Source: a bacterium (lineage in GTDB: Bacteria; Bacteroidota; Ignavibacteria; UBA10030). From it: 64,000 bases of DNA. Below the pieces are notes generated by a model. The model had not been told where the DNA came from, ran no database searches, and saw only the letters and a program-made list of their open reading frames with translations. Made by a program: the position numbers and the translations under genes. The stretch covers positions 224,001 to 288,000 of the forward strand of contig JAZDJN010000087.1 of NCBI GenBank assembly GCA_043803945.1, read 5' to 3'. Below, in pieces: positions 47,318 through 55,727 of this stretch (the stretch's first letter is position 1; every line of letters begins with the position of its first letter).

Positions 47318-48121
47318 TTATTGTTCGTTCATATAGCGCTGCAGTGTGTTAACGTTTCGTTTCGAATTCTCGATGAGTGGAAGGCAGTGCGTTTCCAGTG
47401 TCACATGCTGAACCACCCGATCGCGTATCAGCGCCTGGATTTGTCCCTTCCAATCAATGGCCCCTTCCCCAACGGGAACACATTGAATCAATGATCCTTT
47501 CAATGTGTCTTTGACATGAACATTTCCGATGTACGGTTTGAGTGCTTCATAGCCATCCGGATAGGGTTGTTCGCTAGTGCCAAAGCCATTACATGGATCC
47601 CAGTTTGCACGAAAGGCTTTGGATCCTACGGCTTGAATCAGCTTTGCGGTGTTGACACCGGAATCGCACCAGAAGCCGGGCTCGTTCTCGACAAGGAGGG
47701 TGAAGCCTTCCTGTTCCGCTTGTTGTGCGGCACGACGAAGCAGCCTTACGGCTTTATTAAAGTTTGAATCCGGTTCTCCTTGCTCGCGCTGGAATCCAAA
47801 CACGATCACCATGGACGCACCAAGAAATTTTGCCATAGTGAATGTTTGTGGAAGCGTTTGTGTGAGCTCGGCCTCCAGCTCGTTGTGCTTTGAAAGCTGG
47901 TGCTTGAAAATTCCTGGTGAGAGAGCGGAGATGCGGATCCGATACTGTTGGACAAGATCGAGAACTTTATTCAGTTCCGATTCTTCAATGTGGGGCACAC
48001 GTCCTGTTTTCAAAACCCTCAATTCATAGATCCGGATTCCCCAGCTTGTCCCATGGCGTACCGCTTCCGCAAAGTCGCTGGAAATCTCATCGCTGACGAT
48101 ACCGAGAGAAAGGCTCTCCAT
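47318..48121 (-). CDS. Sugar phosphate isomerase/epimerase (AP endonuclease 2 TIM barrel)
   Basis: VENE, NWDP.N, HVKD, LETH metal-ligand pattern. Confidence 0.88.
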   Translation of the reverse strand: MESLSLGIVSDEISSDFAEAVRHGTSWGIRIYELRVLKTGRVPHIEESELNKVLDLVQQYRIRISALSPGIFKHQLSKHNELEAELTQTLPQTFTMAKFLGASMVIVFGFQREQGEPDSNFNKAVRLLRRAAQQAEQEGFTLLVENEPGFWCDSGVNTAKLIQAVGSKAFRANWDPCNGFGTSEQPYPDGYEALKPYIGNVHVKDTLKGSLIQCVPVGEGAIDWKGQIQALIRDRVVQHVTLETHCLPLIENSKRNVNTLQRYMNEQ

Positions 48122-48123
48122 AC

Positions 48124-48903
48124 TTAAAGTTCTCCTGCATACCCGATACGTTTGGAAATCAACACGGCGTCGCGTTTCAGCACCACGACGAGGTCGGGAA
48201 TGATCTCTTTATTCCGGTTTACCCGGTCTGAGGGCAGTGCTGTCATGAGCGAGGCAGAAATTTTACCGGAGTGATCCCGAATGGGAACCGCAACAGCGCA
48301 GAGGTCAGCTTTGAATTCTGCATCGGCAACGGCATACCCCTGCAGCCGCACTTCCTCAAGACGCTTCTTCAGTTTCTGCATCGAGGTTACGGTTTTTGAT
48401 GTGTAGCGTTTTAATCCCTGCTGATCTGCCAGGCCCGCGAGCTCTTCTTCAGTATATTCCGACACCATAACCAGGCCTGTGGCAGTACAGTGAAAGGGCG
48501 AACGGTGCCCGAGCCTCGTGACCATTTTCCACACTTCCGGAGTATCGACATGATCAATAAGGATCACCTCGTTATGATCGAGGATGGCAAGATAGAAGCT
48601 CTCCCGTGTTTCATGGGCAAGGTTAAGCAGATGGGGATGAGCGATTGTCTTTAAATCGATTTTGGAAAGCGCCGCATTTCCCCATTCGAGCAATTTCATG
48701 CCGAGTGTAAACATCTTTCGCTCAGAGTCTTCGATAATGATAGAGTTCTGATGCAGTGTATACAAAATGCGGAACATGGTACTTTTGGGTACTTTGGTCT
48801 GCGATGCGAGCTGGGCCAGCGACATTCCCTGGGGAGCGTTGGCTAATAATTCCAGTACACGGATTGCGCGATCAAGGGCGGGGACAGTATAGTTGAGTGT
48901 CAT
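48124..48903 (-). CDS. IclR family transcriptional regulator
   Basis: VPALDRAIRVLELL, KSTMFRIL.TL HTH, HCTATG, VAVPIRD. Confidence 0.93.
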   Translation of the reverse strand: MTLNYTVPALDRAIRVLELLANAPQGMSLAQLASQTKVPKSTMFRILYTLHQNSIIIEDSERKMFTLGMKLLEWGNAALSKIDLKTIAHPHLLNLAHETRESFYLAILDHNEVILIDHVDTPEVWKMVTRLGHRSPFHCTATGLVMVSEYTEEELAGLADQQGLKRYTSKTVTSMQKLKKRLEEVRLQGYAVADAEFKADLCAVAVPIRDHSGKISASLMTALPSDRVNRNKEIIPDLVVVLKRDAVLISKRIGYAGEL

Positions 48904-48947
48904 TGTTATTTTGCTAATTGAATGGTGTTTAATTAATGTACGAAATT

Positions 48948-48976
48948 AGTATAAGAGAATTCTCACTATTTGTCAA
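48948..48976 (-). promoter_or_regulatory. sigma70-type promoter upstream of IclR, with a palindrome in the spacer
   Basis: Minus strand TTGACA (48976-48971), 17-bp spacer, TATACT (48953-48948). The spacer contains the perfect palindrome GAGAATTCTC (48955-48964). Confidence 0.75.
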
Positions 48977-48980
48977 GAAA

Positions 48981-49859
48981 TCATTTGCCGGTGGATGTCG
49001 CTTCAGGTTCAACGTTTAGGATATTCGCCACCACCCGCTCCAGAAATTGGCGGCTCTCCTGAGCTGTCTGCTCGGTTGTATCTTCCAACACAATGCTGAT
49101 GCCCGGCTTTTGTTCAACGGCAAATTGCATCACCAGATCGTGCCGCAGCATTCCAAGACCTGCCCGTGTAAATTTGAATCGGCCGTTCTCGATGACGAAA
49201 TCTTTCGCATGAATGATCGCAATCCGCTCGCCGAAGAGTTCCAGCGATTCGCCGATAATCCTCTCCTGCTCGCGATAATTGTCGAGCGATAGCAGGTTCA
49301 CGGGATCGAAGACAACCTGCAGATTATTTGATGCGACGCTCTCCAGCATTCGCCTCATTTTCTGTGGTGTCGACAAGACGTGCGATGCGACCTGCTCGAT
49401 GCCGACAATGACGCTGAATCGTTCAGCCTCCGCGACAAGCTCTGCAATGCTCACAATCGATTGGTGAAAAGCGAAATCGCTGTGATTCTCGGGATGCGGT
49501 GAGTAGTCGGCGCTGACAGAGCCGGTTTCAAGCGCAACGAGTCCATTGCCAAAATCGCGAGCATAGCTGAACAGTGTGAGAAGTAACTGTCGCATCCCGG
49601 GATCAGGGTGAATTGGATTCACGTAACAGCCGAGCACAGCGATTTGGACACCACCTCTGTGAAAGGCCTGCCCGATTTCATGCGCAAGACCGGGGTTTAA
49701 GACGCCGGGTTTTACCGTGAGCCGGGTGATGGCCTTGCTAAGCGCAAGTTGTGTACAGTTGAAGTGTTGCGCAGAAATTTTTTCGGCGAACTCACCAGCT
49801 GACAGGCAGCCGAAATCGTGAGCACGAATGCCGATGCGAATAGGGAACGGTGAAATCAA
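48981..49859 (-). CDS. Sugar phosphate isomerase/epimerase (TIM barrel)
   Basis: IGIRAHDFG, LGCYVNPIHPD, ETGS, FDPVNLL, HAKD. Confidence 0.85.
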   Translation of the reverse strand: MISPFPIRIGIRAHDFGCLSAGEFAEKISAQHFNCTQLALSKAITRLTVKPGVLNPGLAHEIGQAFHRGGVQIAVLGCYVNPIHPDPGMRQLLLTLFSYARDFGNGLVALETGSVSADYSPHPENHSDFAFHQSIVSIAELVAEAERFSVIVGIEQVASHVLSTPQKMRRMLESVASNNLQVVFDPVNLLSLDNYREQERIIGESLELFGERIAIIHAKDFVIENGRFKFTRAGLGMLRHDLVMQFAVEQKPGISIVLEDTTEQTAQESRQFLERVVANILNVEPEATSTGK

Positions 49860-50003
49860 ATCGTCGCCTCTATCTTTCCATCTGTGAAAGCGAATGCGTC
49901 AATCATTCCGGCCATTGCTTTTGCATTCATGGTCGGAGCGATGACCGGAATTGTGATCTGCTCTCCTGCAACAACTGCCATTCCTTAAAAGGACTCTTGT
50001 TGT

Positions 50004-51077
50004 TCATCGGGTTTGAAAGAGGTATTCGCTCAACATCAGAAGCGTCAACCCCTGACCATAAAGCGTCGGATAGCGAGTCAATTTGCCGTAGGCATCAATT
50101 GTCGGCATGATCGGCGTACCTCCTGATACGCCTTCCACTGCACCTTCAGGAGTGATCATCGTAATCACTCCCTCTATCGCTTTGTGAGCATTTGCCATGG
50201 TGGCGGGTTCCAGCATCTGGAGGCGTACCGCTTTCATAATACCTCCTGCATTGCCTGCGCTACCGGATGTCTCCTGATAAAAATCAGGTCTGTCCATCAC
50301 GGTGTGCCACAGTCCATTGTCTGCCTGGTATTTTAAAAGACCCTCCACCAGTCTTTTATATCTGGCATTGATTTCTTTCGGCACTTCAACCAGATCACCG
50401 ATCGTCTCAATGATGATGGGAGCGCCAATCACCACCCATGAATTTCCTCTCGTCCAGAGCGCCCCCGACATATGATGATGTTCCACAGCATGATAACCGT
50501 GATAAAGAATTCCGGTTTTCTCATCCTGTAAAAGCTGCAAATGGGAAAGCAGCTGCTTGATAACTTCACCAGCCATGTTGATATTTGCCGTGAGCTTTGC
50601 CGTACGCGATAAAAAAACCAACGCCATAAATACTGTATCAGCCCACACCTCTCCCGACACTGACGCTCCGTGATAGAATACACCATCCGTGGACCTTCCG
50701 GCATTTGCCAGTACCCAGTCAGCATACTCAACTGCTATTTCCCTATAGTACGGTTCCCTGGTTCTCACATACATATCCGGATAAATGGCCAGCGGTGCCA
50801 GGTGGTTTACCTGGTCTTTCTTCGCACACTGGTACTTGTTCCTGGCAATCCAGGTTTTCAAGAATTCCAATATTTCGGGATTTTGCGTCCTTTGATAGAA
50901 GTCGGAAATCGCAATCAGGCCTACTCCTGCGTTCCAGTCCCAATCATCAATATCCATCCCCCAACTGGCTGGATCATGGTCTACCTCATGAGCAGTTTCC
51001 CGTTTTAATCCCGCGGTTCCCCTCTTCATGTATTCATAAACTCTCATTGCTTTTTCTTGCGCAAATACTGCATTCAT
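50004..51077 (-). CDS. GH105/GH88 unsaturated (rhamno)galacturonyl hydrolase, cytoplasmic
   Basis: WDWNAGVG, VWADTVFM, LYHG, WTRGNSW, GLWHTV, ETSGSA, YGQG; start at ATG 51077 with AGGAG RBS. Confidence 0.88.
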   Translation of the reverse strand: MNAVFAQEKAMRVYEYMKRGTAGLKRETAHEVDHDPASWGMDIDDWDWNAGVGLIAISDFYQRTQNPEILEFLKTWIARNKYQCAKKDQVNHLAPLAIYPDMYVRTREPYYREIAVEYADWVLANAGRSTDGVFYHGASVSGEVWADTVFMALVFLSRTAKLTANINMAGEVIKQLLSHLQLLQDEKTGILYHGYHAVEHHHMSGALWTRGNSWVVIGAPIIIETIGDLVEVPKEINARYKRLVEGLLKYQADNGLWHTVMDRPDFYQETSGSAGNAGGIMKAVRLQMLEPATMANAHKAIEGVITMITPEGAVEGVSGGTPIMPTIDAYGKLTRYPTLYGQGLTLLMLSEYLFQTR

Positions 51078-51153
51078 TTCATTTGCTCCTTTTCTACACA
51101 TTCTGGCTGCTGCACGATATGGATCTGAACAACCGCTGTTCGATGACAATGAC

Positions 51154-52434
51154 TTACTGTGTCTCGTTCTCCAGGTTAACCAGTGTATAAGGGCCCTTTG
51201 GAATTACAGCAACCCGGGCGCCAGCACCAAGGGCTTGAAATCCGCGTTGAAGAGCTTCCTCTACTGTGGCGGCTGATAAGATAAATAGCTTTCCAAGATT
51301 CTCGGGTGATATTCCAGTGGAAACAAGGATAACTTCCGCATGACGTACCACCTTCGCGCATTCCTCCAACTGCCACTGATCGACAACAACCGGATTGGCC
51401 ATCATCCACGACCGAAATTCGTCGGCAGTGGAATACTTAATCGCCATCGCTGTGAACTCGGGGCTTCCGAGTCCTTCGGCACATTCAGCGGCAAGAATGA
51501 TCATGCCGCCCTTCTTGACTGCCGGGAGCGATGCTGTCAATCCTTTAATAGCTTGATAGTAGGTGAGATCCAATGGGTAACCGGCACTTGTGGTGATTAC
51601 AATGTCTGCCGGTTTGTTGACTGAAGCAGCAACCATTGTTCGAACAGCCCGAATTCCTGTTTCATGGGCATGTTCCGGGTGGCCTGCAAAGATACCGGTG
51701 ATCTGACCGTTGGGATTTAACGATACGTTGACAATAAAATCGTGCCCTGCCATCCGTGCAATTTCCAGCAATTCGTGATGCAAGGGATTGTTGTCGATGG
51801 AGCCTTCGCGGCAGTCCGGATGTTCAAGAATGCCCGGGGCATGGAGCGCTTTAATCGTCTCTTCACCCGCACAGCCGGGAGCAATCAATTTGCAGCCGCC
51901 GGAAAATCCCGCCATCAAATGAGGCTCGATGAAGCCAAGTGTGATTTTCAGTCCGGCTGAACAATAGCGCTTATCGATAAAGACCGGTGTCCCGCGTTTT
52001 GTTTTCCCAAAATAGTGCTGCTCTTCGGCGACACGGGCCTTATGGCTGATGATAGTGTACTCACGAGCGATCTCTGACCCAACCATTGTTTCAATTTCTT
52101 CCAGAGTACTTGGCCTGTGCAATCCTGTGGCAATGAGGATTGTGATGGCTGATCGATCTATTCCATTCTTCTTGAGGATTTCCAGAATAGGCGGCAGGAG
52201 AATCCTGTTTGGCACCGGACGGGTAATATCGCAGATAACGATCACCGCTGATCGTTTTCCCGCAGACAATTCTCGAAGCGATGAGGAATCAATTGGACCA
52301 TCAAGCGCTGTACGCACAGTCTCTTCCGGATTTTGGACCGGCGATGCGGCGCCATGAGAAAGAATTTTGAGGAGATTGTTTTCTGGAACCTCTACCTCGA
52401 GTCCATTTTTTCCATAAGCGAGGTGGATCTTCAT
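51154..52434 (-). CDS. larA: LarA family nickel-pincer-dependent lactate/2-hydroxyacid racemase
   Basis: DITRP, ATGLHR, IEPH..AGFSGG.K..PG, LH, GYPLD..YYQAIKG, AEC.EG.G. Confidence 0.9.
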   Translation of the reverse strand: MKIHLAYGKNGLEVEVPENNLLKILSHGAASPVQNPEETVRTALDGPIDSSSLRELSAGKRSAVIVICDITRPVPNRILLPPILEILKKNGIDRSAITILIATGLHRPSTLEEIETMVGSEIAREYTIISHKARVAEEQHYFGKTKRGTPVFIDKRYCSAGLKITLGFIEPHLMAGFSGGCKLIAPGCAGEETIKALHAPGILEHPDCREGSIDNNPLHHELLEIARMAGHDFIVNVSLNPNGQITGIFAGHPEHAHETGIRAVRTMVAASVNKPADIVITTSAGYPLDLTYYQAIKGLTASLPAVKKGGMIILAAECAEGLGSPEFTAMAIKYSTADEFRSWMMANPVVVDQWQLEECAKVVRHAEVILVSTGISPENLGKLFILSAATVEEALQRGFQALGAGARVAVIPKGPYTLVNLENETQ

Positions 52435-53741
52435 GAGTAGACAATCCCCGATGATGCACTCTGTTGTTGCGTCCGCTCCGCTGTTTTCTTTTCCCGGTAC
52501 CCGCTGCGGCGATAAACCTCAATGGGATCGATTGCACCGCCGCTATTTTGACGCGCCCTCTGAATAATCGGTGTCACATCTGTGGTAAAAGCCTGCTTCA
52601 ATGTTCTGAGCGCCATGATCGCATCGTTCTTTTGCTGATACTCGGCAAGTGCTGCTCTGTCTACCAACAGAGCTTGAGCATAGGCTCGCTGCAATTCTTC
52701 TGCACTATTCATTAATGATTCAATGGGATCGGTGACATTATGGCTTTGGTCGAGCATGTAGGATGGAACCGGGTTTTTCACCTTCTGGTCGAGTGCACCA
52801 CCAACAAGTTCATTAAAAACAAGAAAGAGTTGAAATGGTTTTATACTGCCGGCATCGAGATCGTCATCACCATATTTACTGTCGTTGAAATGAAATCCTC
52901 CCAGTTTACCAAACTGTAAAAGCCGTGCGACAATCATTTCAATATTGACATTCGGAGCATGGTGGCCAAGGTCGACAAGGCAGAGCGCCTTCGGGCCAAG
53001 CTGTGTGACGACATAATATGCTGTGCCCCAGTCGTTGATCACGGTCGAGTAGAAAGCCGGCTCGTATGGTTTATACTCAACGAAGAGTTTCCAGTCGTCT
53101 GGAATGTGTGCATAGATTTTTTCCATGCTTTCCATGTAACGATCGAGACTCTTGCGAAAATCTGCCTGGCCGGGAAAGTTCGTGCCGTCACCAATCCATA
53201 CCGTTAATGCTTTGGATCCAATCTGTTCTCCTATCTCAATGCATTCCAAGTTATGGAGCATCGCCTGGGTCCGCACGGCTGGGTCGGCATGGGTGAGGCT
53301 GCCGAATTTGTAACTGTGCTGCTGGTTGGATTGATCTTGAAACGTATTAGAGTTCATCGCATCGAACCCAATGCCGAGTGTGCGTGCAAACGCGGTAAGT
53401 TCCTTGGGATCCTGTGGTTTGTCCCATGGGATATGAAGTGAAACTCGCGGCGTGATTCGTGTCAATTGATGAATGGTAGCACAGTCAACCAGTTTATCAA
53501 AGACTGTACGCGGCTCGCCCCCGAGAGGAAACCGCGCGAACCGTGTTCCGCCTGTTCCTACACCCCACGATGGTACGGCCACTTCGAATGATTGAACCTG
53601 TTGGGTTATATGGTCTATTGAGAGCCCACGCCGCTGCAGTTGCTCGCCCAGTGCTTCAAAGTCCTTACCAAGCCGAGCTGCATGGAGAGCGTTCTGTGCT
53701 TCAAGAAGAGCCTTATCAATTAAATACCCTGTCTTGTTCAT
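52431..53741 (-). CDS. rhaI: L-rhamnose isomerase (xylose-isomerase-fold, RhaI type)
   Basis: PSWGVGTGGTRFARF, HIPWD, NSNTFQD, EYKPYEP, DLGHH, HFNDSKYGDDDL, DQSHN; alternative start at 53768. Confidence 0.88.
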   Translation of the reverse strand: MNKTGYLIDKALLEAQNALHAARLGKDFEALGEQLQRRGLSIDHITQQVQSFEVAVPSWGVGTGGTRFARFPLGGEPRTVFDKLVDCATIHQLTRITPRVSLHIPWDKPQDPKELTAFARTLGIGFDAMNSNTFQDQSNQQHSYKFGSLTHADPAVRTQAMLHNLECIEIGEQIGSKALTVWIGDGTNFPGQADFRKSLDRYMESMEKIYAHIPDDWKLFVEYKPYEPAFYSTVINDWGTAYYVVTQLGPKALCLVDLGHHAPNVNIEMIVARLLQFGKLGGFHFNDSKYGDDDLDAGSIKPFQLFLVFNELVGGALDQKVKNPVPSYMLDQSHNVTDPIESLMNSAEELQRAYAQALLVDRAALAEYQQKNDAIMALRTLKQAFTTDVTPIIQRARQNSGGAIDPIEVYRRSGYREKKTAERTQQQSASSGIVYS

Positions 53742-53767
53742 TGTTGATACCTTTCGATCACTACCCA

Positions 53768-55690
53768 TCAATGATGGGTTTGTTGTTCATATTGTGCTGC
53801 ACTGCGGATCTCTGATTTTTTTCCGAAATACCACATCGCTATTCCAAAGCCAATCATAACCGTTATCATAATACCGAGGATCGTTGACTCTTGCACGGAC
53901 AGTTCTGTGAAAAAGATCATCGACATCAGCAGGCCCATAACGATTGTTGTGCCTCCTACGAGGGGAAATGTGGAAATTTGTTTTTTGCCGGCGCCAAAGA
54001 CTTCTTTGGCAACATCGACCGGCGTATCGAGCTTCTTGAAAAATTCTTCAATAAGCTTTCGCTCTTCCTCGGACTCTAAGGCAAAGAGGCTCGCAAATCC
54101 GTAGAGGCTCGCTCCTAAAAGCACGGGGTTGAGATAGGTCAGGATGTGTTGTATGTCAGGCGCAAAATTAAATGGATTGCTGATAATCGTATTGGTGAAG
54201 AGGAACGCCGTTGCAAGGGTTACACAGATGCTTAGTGCACCCAGAAGAATCTTGTTAGTTTTATACAGCTTTCCAAGCCAATACGAACCGGCGAAAATGC
54301 CAAAACACATAATGAATGCCAGATAGACCTGCGGCCCGATATCCCAGCCGCATACATAGCGGGCAGTGAATCCAACGAGCAGGCCATAGGTGATAGAACC
54401 GACCGCACTCCATTTCGGTACGCGGCTGAACAGAAGCCCAAAGGCAAGAGGTACAACAACGGGAATATTCAAGAGTGTAAAGAACGCCTGCATCCAATTG
54501 AATATTCCGAATTCACTGTTGACAAAGATGACTGCCATCGTGGTGACAAACAACCCAAGAGCAATAGAGAATAATCTGCCGACTTTTAGCAATCCCTCGT
54601 CGGTGGTCTCCGGGCGAATCCATCCCTGATAGATATCGCGTGAAAGTATTGAGGAAACCATATTATAGACAGAACTAAGCGTGCTCATCGTGGCGGCAAG
54701 CATCGCTGCTAAAAAGACTCCTATGAGTCCGTTGGGAAGAAGTTTTAGACAGAGAGCGATGAACACAAGATCCTGGGGATTCTTTCCAACATATGGTTGG
54801 AAGAATTCGACTTGTGAGAGATCGGGCCAGATAATTTTGGCAACAAGCGGCGGCACGCCAAAGACGAAAGGAACTGTGAGAAAGAGCCCGCCCGCAAGTT
54901 TGCCCACCCGTTTCGCATCGCGTTCATCTTTCACACTGTAAAATCGCTGGGCAGCTCCGGCTGCCGTACCCAGGCACATGATAATGAAAATTGAAACGAG
55001 CCAGTGTTCTGTATAATGCACTCCATTGTAGGTATGATCGAACGAGAGTGCCGGGAGTTTTTCGATCAACGATCCAAGTCCTCCCACCAACCCCAACGAC
55101 AACGGCATGACAATAAATGTGATGCTAAGAAGAATCACTCCCTGAACAACATCGGTGATCGAGACGGCCCAGAGCCCTCCCATAAAGGTGTAGAGTAAAA
55201 TCACAACACCGGTCACCAGCGTCACCATGGTAATATCCAATCCCATGACAGGAGCAAGCATCTTACACGTTGCGGCAAGCTGAACACCGGCGGAGAGGAT
55301 AAAATTTGTAGCAATGACAATGCTTAGAAATTGCTGTGTGGTAAAGTTAAATCTGGTATTGGTGTATTCGACAGGAGAGATTGAACGGGTGCGCCTCCAC
55401 CGTGATGCTGTCAGTTGTGAACCGGTATAGTACGCAACCGACCATGTACCGAAATACATTATTGCAAACCATCCCGTGGTGTAGGCGAATCCCGCCGCTC
55501 CGGTAAACGTCCATGCGCTAAAGTTTGCCATGTAAAGCGTCATGCCCGAAACCCACCAGGGGATCATGCTGCCGCCGGCAAAATACTCTTTTCCTCCTTT
55601 GTTGATTTTCATGAAATATATTCCGATACCAAGCATAAAGAGGAAGTATGCTCCAAGCACAATAAAATCAAATATGTTTACCGCCTTCAT
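53768..55690 (-). CDS. Sodium:solute symporter (SSS), tandem copy 2
   Basis: ATG 55690 with AGGAG RBS; EYFAGG..IPWW, GGLWAVSITDVVQ, AQRFYSVKDE. Confidence 0.92.
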   Translation of the reverse strand: MKAVNIFDFIVLGAYFLFMLGIGIYFMKINKGGKEYFAGGSMIPWWVSGMTLYMANFSAWTFTGAAGFAYTTGWFAIMYFGTWSVAYYTGSQLTASRWRRTRSISPVEYTNTRFNFTTQQFLSIVIATNFILSAGVQLAATCKMLAPVMGLDITMVTLVTGVVILLYTFMGGLWAVSITDVVQGVILLSITFIVMPLSLGLVGGLGSLIEKLPALSFDHTYNGVHYTEHWLVSIFIIMCLGTAAGAAQRFYSVKDERDAKRVGKLAGGLFLTVPFVFGVPPLVAKIIWPDLSQVEFFQPYVGKNPQDLVFIALCLKLLPNGLIGVFLAAMLAATMSTLSSVYNMVSSILSRDIYQGWIRPETTDEGLLKVGRLFSIALGLFVTTMAVIFVNSEFGIFNWMQAFFTLLNIPVVVPLAFGLLFSRVPKWSAVGSITYGLLVGFTARYVCGWDIGPQVYLAFIMCFGIFAGSYWLGKLYKTNKILLGALSICVTLATAFLFTNTIISNPFNFAPDIQHILTYLNPVLLGASLYGFASLFALESEEERKLIEEFFKKLDTPVDVAKEVFGAGKKQISTFPLVGGTTIVMGLLMSMIFFTELSVQESTILGIMITVMIGFGIAMWYFGKKSEIRSAAQYEQQTHH

Positions 55691-55727
55691 GATCACTCCT
55701 TTATTATTGAGAGCTGTAGGTTTACCA

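Noticed and set aside
49540-49600. Possible ~5-codon in-frame deletion in the TIM-barrel gene (LLTLF-SYARDFG)
   Set aside because: Based only on my recollection of the family consensus; needs an alignment.
49860-50003. Hairpin at 49905-49951 and a hydrophobic plus-strand peptide that could be a permease remnant
   Set aside because: Too short to distinguish from chance without a search; no U-tract to call a terminator.
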